This document shows positions 1 through 8,452 of a DNA stretch of 27,670 nt, one piece after another. The stretch is from IMG/VR virus record IMGVR_UViG_3300032233_001051, positions 1 to 27,670 of that record, one strand, 5' to 3'. How positions within the stretch are numbered: the stretch's first letter is position 1; every line of letters starts with the position of its first letter. The translations under genes were made by a program, and so were the position numbers. The DNA comes from a virus. Lineage: Duplodnaviria > Caudoviricetes. The notes below the pieces were generated by a model. It was not told the origin of the DNA. It worked only from the letters and a program-made list of their open reading frames with translations, and searched no databases.

Positions 1-2
1 GT

Positions 3-851
3 CGTAATCTATTCTATACGATTGAAGATGAGGTTACTGGTAAATATCTTGGTGTACTTTGTATATCATCCGACTTCTTGGATTTAACTCCAAGAGACAA
101 TGCAATTGGATGGTCGAGAGATGTTAAGACTTCTCAAGGCATGATTAATCATACTGCCATTGGGTCCACGATTGTTCCTTTACAGCCTCTTGGTTATAAT
201 TATATGGGTGGAAAGTTATTGGCATTGTTATGTCTTGCTGATACAGTTCAAAAAGATTGGAAAGAAAGATATGGAGATGTCTTGGTCGGAGTTACAACTA
301 CTTCTCTTTATGGTAACACTAAGTCTAATGGTCTTTCTCAATATGATGGATTAGAACATTGGAATAAAATGGGTTTCTCCTCTGGTTCGGTGGCATTTGA
401 ACCATCGAGAGCAACTAAGAGAATGATATTTGATTGGTTAAAAGAGAATCATACTAAAAAATATTTTGAATGGTGGGAAGCCAAGAATAAACAAGGACTG
501 CCATTGAAGCGTGACCATAAAAATCGGTCATTACACTTTGCTTATCCTAAACTTGGCATACCAAAAGAATTAACCAGAACAGAACATCAAAGAGGAATCT
601 ATTTCTCTCCTCTTTATGACAACACCAGTGAATATCTCCGCAAGGAGATTGGTGATGATAAACTAGTAAAGTCTTTCGATACTAGTTTGGAAGCTTTGAC
701 GAATATTTGGAAAACCAAATATGCTAAAGGCCGTATATCAATGTTGAAGAAAAAGAATACTGTTTCGTATGAAGCCTTATTCTATGATGACTTGATAAAA
801 ATGTCTTGGGAAGAAACCAAGGCAAAATATCTGACACAAGTTGGCAGATAA
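3..851 (+). CDS. DUF4338/DruA-like protein (putative GNAT/Mom-like fold), 5'-truncated by window edge
   Basis: The frame is open from position 3 (RNLFYTIEDEVTGKYLGVLCISSDF...). Motifs IVPLQPLGYNYMGGKLLALL and TTTSLYG..SQYDG are shared with the paralogue at 24249-25358. Confidence 0.7.
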   Translation, partial: RNLFYTIEDEVTGKYLGVLCISSDFLDLTPRDNAIGWSRDVKTSQGMINHTAIGSTIVPLQPLGYNYMGGKLLALLCLADTVQKDWKERYGDVLVGVTTTSLYGNTKSNGLSQYDGLEHWNKMGFSSGSVAFEPSRATKRMIFDWLKENHTKKYFEWWEAKNKQGLPLKRDHKNRSLHFAYPKLGIPKELTRTEHQRGIYFSPLYDNTSEYLRKEIGDDKLVKSFDTSLEALTNIWKTKYAKGRISMLKKKNTVSYEALFYDDLIKMSWEETKAKYLTQVGR

Positions 852-858
852 TCAAGTG

Positions 859-902
859 TACCACAAGTATGCTTGACAATCATACATATATAATGTTATG
901 AT
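859..902 (+). promoter_or_regulatory. sigma70-type early promoter with upstream TACCACAA element
   Basis: TTGACA 873-878, 18-bp spacer, extended -10 TGnTATGAT 894-902. Near-copy at 8801-8843. Confidence 0.7.
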
Positions 903-955
903 GTTACTACTCGTTAATTGCGAGGATTTTTTAAATTATGAACAAGGAGTTCTAC

Positions 956-1237
956 ATGAAGTTATCAGCAAAAGAAAAGATTGCTAAGTATTTGGCAACT
1001 AATGAAACCCGTGGTTTGACAGTTAGTCAAGCTCGTGCTCGTTTTGGCATTCAAAACGTTTCTGCTCGCATTGAAGAATTGCGTAAAGAAGGTCATGTAA
1101 TTTATACAAATACAAAGACCCGTGCTGATGGCACTCGGTTCCATTTGTATCGTATGGGTAAGCCAACTAAAGCATTAGTTCGTGCTGCCATTGCTGCCGG
1201 TTTTAACTTTAACCAACCTCACTCTGAAGTTGCTTAA
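956..1237 (+). CDS. small winged-helix/HTH DNA-binding protein
   Basis: AAGGAG RBS before ATG 956. LTVSQARARFGIQNVSARIEELRKEGHVI is an HTH-like pattern followed by a beta wing. Confidence 0.7.
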   Translation: MKLSAKEKIAKYLATNETRGLTVSQARARFGIQNVSARIEELRKEGHVIYTNTKTRADGTRFHLYRMGKPTKALVRAAIAAGFNFNQPHSEVA

Positions 1238-1252
1238 GTTGTAATGTTGCAT

Positions 1253-1290
1253 AGGGAGTTCGCTGGGAAGCGATACTCCCTTTTTTATTT
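1253..1290 (+). terminator. intrinsic terminator
   Basis: GGGAGT-TCGCT..AGCGA-T-ACTCCC hairpin followed by a long T tract. Confidence 0.8.
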
Positions 1291-1311
1291 TTTATTATAT
1301 AATGGACTAAA

Positions 1312-2130
1312 ATGGAAATCTCAATCTCAAAAGAAGAATTACAAAAGAAAAGCCTATTTGTAGCCACACCAATGTATGGTGGTATGAATCACGGCCTATA
1401 CATGAAAGCCTGTTTAGATTTACAAGGCGTGTGTATGCAGTATAATATTCCAGTCAAATTCTCATTCTTATTTAATGAGTCCCTAATTACCAGAGCAAGA
1501 AATTATCTTGTTGATGAGTTCATTCATAGGTCTGAATGTTCACATTTGTTGTTTATTGATTCAGATATTAATTTTGGTCCACAAGATGTGTTAGCTTTAT
1601 TAGCTTTAGACAAAGATGTTATTGGTGGTCCTTATCCGAAGAAAGCAATTAAATGGAAATCAGTAGCAACAGCTTTAAGAAAGAATCCAGAAATTGAACC
1701 AAATATGTTAGAGAAAGTTACTGGTGATTATGTGTTTAATCCAGTTAAAGGTACAGCACAATTTTCTGTAACAGATCCGTTGAAAGTGATGGAGATTGGA
1801 ACAGGATTCATGTTGGTAAAGCGTGAAGTATTTGCTAAAATGGAACAAGAGTATCCGTCTATTCGTTACAAACCAGACCATGTAGGTCAAGCACACTTTG
1901 ATGGCAGTCGTTATATTCATGCCTTCTTTGATACAGTCATTGATACTAAAGATTCTATCACAGGTGGTGGTTCTGACCGATATCTATCAGAAGATTATAT
2001 GTTCTGTCAAATGTGGCGTAAGATGGGTGGTGAAATCTGGTTATGTCCTTGGATGAAAACAGAGCACATTGGTACATATCACTTCAAAGGAGATATGGCT
2101 GCTGTTGCTAATTTTGTCGGAGAAATGTAA
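1312..2130 (+). CDS. GT-A fold glycosyltransferase-like protein
   Basis: FVATPMYGG, ESLITRARN, LLFIDSDI (DxD), IGTGFMLVKR and LSEDYMFC motifs. Confidence 0.75.
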   Translation: MEISISKEELQKKSLFVATPMYGGMNHGLYMKACLDLQGVCMQYNIPVKFSFLFNESLITRARNYLVDEFIHRSECSHLLFIDSDINFGPQDVLALLALDKDVIGGPYPKKAIKWKSVATALRKNPEIEPNMLEKVTGDYVFNPVKGTAQFSVTDPLKVMEIGTGFMLVKREVFAKMEQEYPSIRYKPDHVGQAHFDGSRYIHAFFDTVIDTKDSITGGGSDRYLSEDYMFCQMWRKMGGEIWLCPWMKTEHIGTYHFKGDMAAVANFVGEM

Positions 2131-2489
2131 TGAAATATGATGATGTTGTAAAAGCATCACAGACTGCCGAAACAGGTGGTCGTAAGTTTGATGGTAACAA
2201 ATTAGAATATGGTTTGTTACCGCCATTAGCATTAAAGGCAACAGTAGATATACTTACCTTTGGTGCTCAGAAGTATGAACGGGATAATTGGAAATTTGTT
2301 CCTGATTCTAAGCGTAGATACTTTGATGCCGCACAACGGCATTTATGGGCTTGGAAAGAAGGAGAACAGAATGACCAAGAGACCGGTAAAAATCACTTGG
2401 CACATGCGCTGTGCTGCTTGATGTTTTTGTATGAACATGATATAATGTATTCTTTAAATAATGGAGAAGTGAATGAAACTATCAAATGA
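2130..2489 (+). CDS. dATP/dGTP diphosphohydrolase-like protein (DUF5664 family)
   Basis: GRKFDGNKLEYGLLP, LTFGAQKYERDNWK and ETGKNHLAHALCCLMFL motifs. Confidence 0.75.
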   Translation: MKYDDVVKASQTAETGGRKFDGNKLEYGLLPPLALKATVDILTFGAQKYERDNWKFVPDSKRRYFDAAQRHLWAWKEGEQNDQETGKNHLAHALCCLMFLYEHDIMYSLNNGEVNETIK

Positions 2490-3153
2490 AACCGTAAATG
2501 TGTTGAAGAATTTTTCAACCATCAATCAAGGTTTAGAATTTAAACAAGGCAAGACAATCAAAACAGTATCTTCTAGTAAAGCATTAATGGCAGAAGCTAC
2601 TTTATCTGATGACTTTCCAGAAACCTTTTGTATCTATGATTTAAACCAGTTCTTATCGGTCAATTCTTTGTTCAAAGATAAACCAGAATTAGTTTTTGAT
2701 GATGCAAATGTGGTATTTACAAGTGGTCGAAACAAAGTGAAGTATCGTAAAACAGCCAAGAGTATGATTGTAGCTGCACCAGATAAAACAATTACATTAC
2801 CATCTGTTGATGTATCTTTTACTTTGAAGGCTGAAGATTATCATTGGATTATGGATACTGCTAAAGTATTATCTTCACCACATATTGCCATTCAATCTGA
2901 TGGTGATGCAGTTGAGATTGTTACCTTTGATGCAGCCAATGATTCTGCTCACGTTAATTCAATGCAGATTGAAGGTCTTGATGCTGGTGGTAAGAAATAT
3001 AAAATTGTTTTCAACACAGAAAACTTTAAGATGATTCCTGGTAGTTATGAAGTTAATGTTTCTTTTGGTGGTATCAGTCACTTCAAGAATACTAAAGACA
3101 ACATTCAATATTGGATGGCATCTGAAACTAAGCATACTAAAGTCGGAGGTTAA
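2473..3153 (+). CDS. gp45: DNA polymerase sliding clamp (T4 gp45-like)
   Basis: N-terminus MKLSNETVNVLKNFSTINQG, IYDLNQFL and NFKMIPGSY motifs. Lies upstream of gp44. Confidence 0.93.
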   Translation: MKLSNETVNVLKNFSTINQGLEFKQGKTIKTVSSSKALMAEATLSDDFPETFCIYDLNQFLSVNSLFKDKPELVFDDANVVFTSGRNKVKYRKTAKSMIVAAPDKTITLPSVDVSFTLKAEDYHWIMDTAKVLSSPHIAIQSDGDAVEIVTFDAANDSAHVNSMQIEGLDAGGKKYKIVFNTENFKMIPGSYEVNVSFGGISHFKNTKDNIQYWMASETKHTKVGG

Positions 3154-3154
3154 T

Positions 3155-3352
3155 ATGACTTGTTTTATACATCTTACGGATGTTGTTAGTGGAAATTTTG
3201 TTGCTATTAATCCAACAAAAGTTGTTTGTGTATTTACAAACAAAGATCCGGATTCTGGAGTAGAAACTACAGTAGTTAATTTAGGAAATGGTAATGTTGG
3301 TGTTGCTGAAGAATATTTGGAAGCTGTTCGCCTGTTACAAAACGGCACTTAG
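3155..3352 (+). CDS. small hypothetical protein (65 aa)
   Basis: GGAGG RBS before ATG 3155 (MTCFIHLTDVVSG...). Fills the gp45-gp44 gap. Confidence 0.65.
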   Translation: MTCFIHLTDVVSGNFVAINPTKVVCVFTNKDPDSGVETTVVNLGNGNVGVAEEYLEAVRLLQNGT

Positions 3353-3393
3353 CCAGGCGATTTTTGAGTTGTATTATATTATGGGAGTTTTGA

Positions 3394-4326
3394 ATGGAAC
3401 ATTTACTATGGGTCGAGAAGTATCGACCAGCCAAAGTGGAAGATTGTATTCTTCCGGATACAATCAAAACCACTTTTCAAGAATATGTCAATAGAAAAGA
3501 AATACCAAACTTATTACTTTCAGGCTAAGCAGGTGTTGGTAAAACAACAATTGCGAAAGCCCTCTGTGAAGAAGTTGGCTGTGACTACATTATTATTAAT
3601 GGTTCTGATGAATCTGGTATTGATGTACTTCGTAATAAGATTAAAAATTATGCTTCGTCTATCTCATTATCAGGTGGTCGAAAAGTAGTCATCATAGATG
3701 AAGCAGACTATCTAAATCCAAATTCCACGCAACCTGCAATGCGTGGTGCAATCGAGGAGTTCTCCTCAAACTGTTCGTTCATCTTTACTTGTAACTTCAA
3801 GAATCGGATTATTGATCCAATCCATTCTCGTTGTTCTGTTATTGACTTCAAAATCAATGGCAACAAAGCAAAGATGGCCGCTCAATTCTTTAAGAGAGTT
3901 GAGTGGATTCTAGAACAAGAAAAAATTAAATATGATAAAGAGGTAGTGGCTGCCGTCATTACTAAACATTTCCCTGATAACCGTAGGATATTAAATGAAC
4001 TTCAACGTTACTCCGTTTCTGGTGTTATTGATAAAGGTATTCTTTCTAATGTTACTGATGTACAACTTGATGCTTTGGTACAAGGGTTAAAAGATAAAGA
4101 TTTTGGATCGGTTCGTAAGTGGGTTACGAACAACTTGGACAATGATCCAACCAAAATCTATCGTAAGTTATATGATACATTGTATGAACAGTTGAAACCA
4201 AACGCAGTTCCTCAGTTGGTTTTACATCTTGCTAAGTATCAATATCAAGCCGCATTTGTTGCTGACCATGAAATCAATATGGTGGCTTGTTTAACAGAAA
4301 TCATGGTTGATTGTGAATTTAAATAA
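3394..4326 (+). CDS. gp44: clamp loader AAA+ subunit (T4 gp44-like), interrupted by an in-frame TAA at 3526-3528
   Basis: GGAG RBS, ATG 3394, LWVEKYRP, LLLSG*AGVGKTT (Walker A), IIDEADYL (Walker B) and HSRC, all in one frame with the 3739-4326 ORF. Confidence 0.92.
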
Positions 4327-4339
4327 AGGAAAATATATT

Positions 4340-5362
4340 ATGGTTTTACCACGATTTGAATTTAAAAATATTAGGATGGAAAGAACTCCGATTGAAGAAT
4401 TTTTTAATCTTCCAGCTGTACCTATGCAAAGAGATACTATTGGTAGAGCATCAAAACCAAAAGTAAAAAGAATGTTAAGAGTATTAAAAGCTCCACATTT
4501 GGAAGTTTCATTGATTGAATTGACAAAAGATTGTTCTTATTACGGTAAAAAATATAAGAAAGGTTTTCGTGCCATCGTAAATGGGAACACAAGAAAACAT
4601 TATTGGGTAAATTCATTGACAAATGCAGTTCCTACTCATGTTAATTCTACAATATATTATTGTGATAATATGGAAGAAGTAAGAGATATTTACAATATGT
4701 TTGATAATCCAGACCAATCTGAAAAGAATCAAGAAAAACTGTATGGTATTCTTTCTGGATTATATAATTATGAACCTGTTTCTTCAAAAATACTTAAAGG
4801 AGAATTTCTTACAGCATTACATTTTGCTTGTTACAAATTGCATCCATCAAAATATAGTCAAGCAAATATTAAATCAGAAGATTTACCTTTTGAAGTTAAA
4901 GAATATATTGAAGAAATCAAAGCTTTTGATTCAATATGTTTTACTCCTAAAAATTGGGACCAAGCATTAGTTTGTTCTGCTTTAATGTGTTTAAAGAAAT
5001 ACGGATTAAATAATACAAGATTACTAGAATTATTTGACAGAATTGATAAACGTAAAATGGACACAACACAAGCTGAACGTGATGGAGCAACACATATTTG
5101 TTTTGAGTGGGATACCGGCGAAAGATTTCCCGTCAAAGGAACATCATGGTACAAACCAGGTGGATTCTCACAAGCGATACCATATATTTTATACTGGGTA
5201 GAAAAATTTATGACCGGTAAAAAACAAATGCAGATTGGTAAAGGTTGGGAGAATATGGCCGATAATTGGTTTACTGAGTATCATACAATCAATTCTAATT
5301 TGACAAAGCTTTTAAATTCACAATCTCAAATTATTGAAGACCATTTCAAAATTGAAGCCTAA
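4340..5362 (+). CDS. hypothetical protein with ParB/DGQHR-like N-terminal domain
   Basis: AAGGA RBS before ATG 4340. The PMQRD and IVNGNTR motifs resemble the ParB/Srx-fold QR...DGxHR signature. Confidence 0.5.
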   Translation: MVLPRFEFKNIRMERTPIEEFFNLPAVPMQRDTIGRASKPKVKRMLRVLKAPHLEVSLIELTKDCSYYGKKYKKGFRAIVNGNTRKHYWVNSLTNAVPTHVNSTIYYCDNMEEVRDIYNMFDNPDQSEKNQEKLYGILSGLYNYEPVSSKILKGEFLTALHFACYKLHPSKYSQANIKSEDLPFEVKEYIEEIKAFDSICFTPKNWDQALVCSALMCLKKYGLNNTRLLELFDRIDKRKMDTTQAERDGATHICFEWDTGERFPVKGTSWYKPGGFSQAIPYILYWVEKFMTGKKQMQIGKGWENMADNWFTEYHTINSNLTKLLNSQSQIIEDHFKIEA

Positions 5363-5380
5363 TAAAAGGATAATTATATT

Positions 5381-5836
5381 ATGATGACCAAAGATGAAAT
5401 GATGAATGAATTAGGTTTGGCCGGTGAAAAGATTATCATTAATATGTTAAGTGAATCAGGACATAAAGTTAAAACTTCAATTAACAAATATGATTCTGAA
5501 AAAGATTTATTGGTTGAAGATAAAAAAGTAGAAGTGAAAACACAAGTACCTTTTGTGATGCAAGACGCTTTTACTTTTAAACCAAATCAACTTAAAAAAT
5601 GTCGTTCTGTTGATATTCTTTATTTTGTTTGTGTACCACCTCCTAGACATAAAGACAAATGGGCTGGCTGGGTATTTGAAGCTGATCCAAAAGCTTTTAC
5701 TACTAGAAATTACACAACAAAAGATGGTAGAGTTATGATATTAATTGATAGAAGTCAACCAGCATTAAAACCTGTAAAGAAAATTTCTGATGAAGAAGTG
5801 AAGGAACTACAAAAATATTCTGTATCTGGATATTAA
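5381..5836 (+). CDS. putative PD-(D/E)XK nuclease-fold protein
   Basis: GLAGEKII...KDLLVEDKKVEVKTQ matches the E..D..ExK pattern. AAAGGA RBS. Confidence 0.55.
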   Translation: MMTKDEMMNELGLAGEKIIINMLSESGHKVKTSINKYDSEKDLLVEDKKVEVKTQVPFVMQDAFTFKPNQLKKCRSVDILYFVCVPPPRHKDKWAGWVFEADPKAFTTRNYTTKDGRVMILIDRSQPALKPVKKISDEEVKELQKYSVSGY

Positions 5837-5837
5837 T

Positions 5838-6230
5838 ATGCCTGACCTATTCAAAGACATTATACCCTCAATCCTCCAAACCAAAAAGAATGTATTACAA
5901 GATGAATTAGATGTAAAAGATTATACACCTTTTGTTGTAAATCGTGCTTTGTCATATCATATGGATTGTATTCTGTATGCCAATGAAATGAATCTTTATC
6001 CAGAAATGGATAAAGACCTTCAATATCAGTACCTTCTAAATACCATTAGGTCGATGAAACGGAAATTTCAACCGTGGCAGAAAGCATCGGCCGACAAGGA
6101 TTTAGAATGTGTCAAGGAATATTTTGGTTATTCAAATCAAAAAGCCAAAGAGGCTTTGCGGATTCTAAATGATGAACAAATCGCTGAAATAAAAGCAAAT
6201 ACAATAAAAGGCGGAGTGAACAAATCATGA
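5838..6230 (+). CDS. gp62: clamp loader small subunit (T4 gp62-like)
   Basis: YTPFVVNRALSY, ANEMN, KRKFQPW and EYFGYSNQKAKEAL motifs. Lies upstream of regA. Confidence 0.92.
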   Translation: MPDLFKDIIPSILQTKKNVLQDELDVKDYTPFVVNRALSYHMDCILYANEMNLYPEMDKDLQYQYLLNTIRSMKRKFQPWQKASADKDLECVKEYFGYSNQKAKEALRILNDEQIAEIKANTIKGGVNKS

Positions 6231-6634
6231 TTTTAATTACAGATTTGGTAGAGGTTACCCTAGCGGAAAAGGATGATTTCCTTAAAGTCCGTGAAACACT
6301 AACACGAATCGGTGTAGCATCCAAAAAGGACAGAATTTTATACCAATCTTGCCATATTTTACATAAGCAAGGCCGTTATTACATCGTACATTTTAAAGAG
6401 TTGTTTGCATTAGATGGCAAGCCAACGGACATATCAGAGAATGATTTGTCCCGTAGGAATGCTATAACAAAGCTGTTACAAGATTGGGAATTGGTTAAAG
6501 TGGTAAATAACAAACAGATTGAGGAACCACCTCCAATCTTTCTATCACAAATCAAGATACTATCACATAAAGAAAAAGACGAATGGGAATTAGTACCAAA
6601 ATACAATATTGGTAAAAAACCAGGCGCTTATTAA
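6227..6634 (+). CDS. regA: translational repressor RegA
   Basis: DDFLKVRETLTRIGVAS and LYQSCHILHKQGRYYIVHFKELFALDG. Confidence 0.96.
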   Translation: MILITDLVEVTLAEKDDFLKVRETLTRIGVASKKDRILYQSCHILHKQGRYYIVHFKELFALDGKPTDISENDLSRRNAITKLLQDWELVKVVNNKQIEEPPPIFLSQIKILSHKEKDEWELVPKYNIGKKPGAY

Positions 6635-6641
6635 AAACTGA

Positions 6642-6649
6642 TATAAATA
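6642..6649 (+). promoter_or_regulatory. T4-type late promoter
   Basis: Exact TATAAATA in the intergenic region upstream of hsp20. Confidence 0.7.
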
Positions 6650-6652
6650 ATA

Positions 6653-6706
6653 GTGTGATGCCTTCGGGGTCACATTTTTATAACTCGCTTAACTAAGGAG
6701 AAATCT
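6653..6706 (+). promoter_or_regulatory. structured 5' leader: cUUCGg hairpin plus ROSE-like SD-sequestering hairpin
   Basis: Stem 6653-6675 has a C(UUCG)G loop. CTC-G-CTT (6684-6690) pairs with AAGGAG (6695-6700) with a bulged G. Confidence 0.6.
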
Positions 6707-7162
6707 ATGAGCACAATATCCCTATTTCCTAAATGGGAATCACTTCACAAAACTTTGGATCCTTTCACAATCGGCTTTGAAGATGTACTAAGTCAATTAG
6801 AGAAAGTTCACTCCAACATGGCCAAAACAATTCCTGGCTACCCTCCATATAATATCAAACAAGTTAAAGATAACAAGTATGTCATCGAAATGGCAGTTGC
6901 TGGTTTTGCCAAGACCGACATTGAAGTTACTTTAGATGGTGATAAACTGGTCATCAAAGGTACTTCGAAAGAAACCGAACCTGATGAGGCTTATGTTTAC
7001 AAAGGTATCGCAGCACGGAACTTTGAACGGACATTTACATTGGCTGATAAGGTAGAGATTAAAGATGCCGAAATCGTTAATGGTATGTTAAATATCTGGT
7101 TGGAAAACATTGTTAAGGCACAGGATGCCATTAAAAAGATTGCCGTTAAGTCAAAAGACTAA
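6707..7162 (+). CDS. hsp20: small heat shock protein, Hsp20/IbpA-like
   Basis: YPPYNI, IEMAVAGF, YKGIAARNFERTFTLAD and NGMLNI motifs. Confidence 0.95.
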   Translation: MSTISLFPKWESLHKTLDPFTIGFEDVLSQLEKVHSNMAKTIPGYPPYNIKQVKDNKYVIEMAVAGFAKTDIEVTLDGDKLVIKGTSKETEPDEAYVYKGIAARNFERTFTLADKVEIKDAEIVNGMLNIWLENIVKAQDAIKKIAVKSKD

Positions 7163-7174
7163 GTGGTAAACTTG

Positions 7175-7203
7175 TAGGAGGCTCTTGACAGCCTCCTATT
7201 TTT
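7175..7203 (+). terminator. intrinsic terminator after hsp20
   Basis: TAGGAGGCT-cttgac-AGCCTCCTA perfect 9-bp stem followed by TTTTT. Confidence 0.85.
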
Positions 7204-7213
7204 CATGTATAAT
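7185..7213 (+). promoter_or_regulatory. consensus sigma70 promoter
   Basis: TTGACA 7185-7190, 17 bp, TATAAT 7208-7213. Confidence 0.85.
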
Positions 7214-7241
7214 GGACTCTTATTATGATTAAGGTGAAACT

Positions 7242-7451
7242 ATGAGTACCAAAGTTGAATTGTTTTCTGTGGCACAAAGGCATTTCTTTGATGCTAAATC
7301 CAAAGATGATATGAGGCTTGCCAAAGACTTTTTTGTTAAGCATGCGTGGGGTTCTAATGGTTGTCCATTCTTCCTAGAAGTTCCATGGTTAAATGTTCCA
7401 GATATGCTTAAAGACAGAATCATGAAACATCACCTAGACATAAAAAACTAA
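7242..7451 (+). CDS. small hypothetical early protein
   Basis: AAGGTG RBS, ATG, 69 aa, directly downstream of the consensus promoter. Confidence 0.7.
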   Translation: MSTKVELFSVAQRHFFDAKSKDDMRLAKDFFVKHAWGSNGCPFFLEVPWLNVPDMLKDRIMKHHLDIKN

Positions 7452-7517
7452 ATAGCGGAGTGCGAGTAACATAGGTATTATGCCAATTATTGGGTCAATT
7501 TTCTAAGGAGAGGCCTA

Positions 7518-8027
7518 ATGCAGTTAAGTATAGTTGGTTGTCCCGATAAAGAGCGATTCAGACCTTATGTGAAACGTGCTGTTATTTTTTATACAAATGA
7601 ACTTATTTCTAAAAAGTTGTTAGAAAACATATACTTGAAGATAAAGTTCAGTAAAACATTAGATGTTCTTGGTTATGCTGAGGTTAAAGAGTATAATAAT
7701 TCTGGTAAACCAAGAGAATTCGAAATAGAATTAAACTACAATATTAGTGGTCCTGATATATTAAAAACTTTAGCCCATGAACTTGTACATATCAAACAGT
7801 TTGTTTATGGGGAAACCAACGAAGCCTTAACCCGTTGGAAAGGTAATAAAGTTTCTAATGATATTGATTACTGGTTTGAACCATGGGAAATAGAAGCAAG
7901 AGGATTAGAATTGGCACTATTTACTAAGTTTGCTATCGAGGAGAAGCTTTGGAATGTGTTTAAAGATGTAAATAACCTTGATGAACCAATAGAAGTAGAA
8001 CCATTAGGTTGGAAAGAATACAGTTAA
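7518..8027 (+). CDS. zincin-like metallopeptidase-fold protein
   Basis: TLAHELVHIKQ (HExxH) plus the downstream PWEIEA third ligand. AAGGAG RBS. Confidence 0.75.
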   Translation: MQLSIVGCPDKERFRPYVKRAVIFYTNELISKKLLENIYLKIKFSKTLDVLGYAEVKEYNNSGKPREFEIELNYNISGPDILKTLAHELVHIKQFVYGETNEALTRWKGNKVSNDIDYWFEPWEIEARGLELALFTKFAIEEKLWNVFKDVNNLDEPIEVEPLGWKEYS

Positions 8028-8051
8028 AATAACTACAATTTCATATAAATT

Positions 8052-8081
8052 AAACCCTAGTCTAAACCACTAGGGTTTTTT
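8052..8081 (+). terminator. intrinsic terminator
   Basis: AAACCCTAGT-ctaaacc-ACTAGGGTTT followed by Ts. Confidence 0.8.
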
Positions 8082-8106
8082 AGTCTCCAGAGCCTTATTC
8101 CTCAAC

Positions 8107-8166
8107 GTTGTTTTTTTACAACATCATGAAAATAGTGCTTGACTTTCTCCTTGGTTAGTGTATAAT
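8107..8166 (+). promoter_or_regulatory. sigma70-type promoter with upstream GTTGT-N6-ACAAC inverted repeat
   Basis: TTGACT 8139-8144, 16 bp, TATAAT 8161-8166. Inverted repeat at 8107-8122. Confidence 0.7.
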
Positions 8167-8192
8167 GGTTATATTAATTGAGAGGAAACTAA

Positions 8193-8369
8193 ATGAAAAC
8201 AGAAATGTTAAGTAACCAAGCTTGTGTTAATTATATTAATGGTCGTTTACATTTGATTAAAGAATTAATTGCTGATGAAGCAAAGTTTGATAGCATTACT
8301 AGGGAAACAGTTGATAAGCAATTTGAAAAGATTAAAGAATATTTGAGTGTCGTATACACTAGAAAATAA
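8193..8369 (+). CDS. small hypothetical protein (58 aa, not in ORF track)
   Basis: GAGG RBS, ATG 8193, MKTEMLSNQACVNYINGRLHLIKELIADEAKFDS...YTRK*, downstream of a promoter. Confidence 0.7.
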   Translation: MKTEMLSNQACVNYINGRLHLIKELIADEAKFDSITRETVDKQFEKIKEYLSVVYTRK

Positions 8370-8376
8370 AAGTTTT

Positions 8377-8451
8377 ACTCGGTTCGTCTATCGGTTAGGA
8401 CATCCGCCTTTCACGCAGATAAGACCAGTTCGATTCTGGTACCGAGTACCA
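8377..8451 (+). tRNA. tRNA-Glu(TTC)
   Basis: Acceptor ACTCGGT/ACCGAGT, anticodon loop CT-TTC-AC, GTTCGATT T-loop, encoded CCA. Confidence 0.92.
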
Positions 8452-8452
8452 A

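Noticed and set aside
2130-2489. Calling this a 2-aminoadenine (dZ) phage
   Set aside because: There is no purZ in the window, and DUF5664-like genes also occur without it.
3394-4326. Genome-wide TAA reassignment to explain the gp44 stop
   Set aside because: TAA terminates most genes at the expected positions (gp45, regA, hsp20). No other gene is interrupted and no suppressor tRNA is seen.
8044-8051. TATAAATT as a late promoter
   Set aside because: It mismatches TATAAATA and lies immediately before a terminator hairpin.
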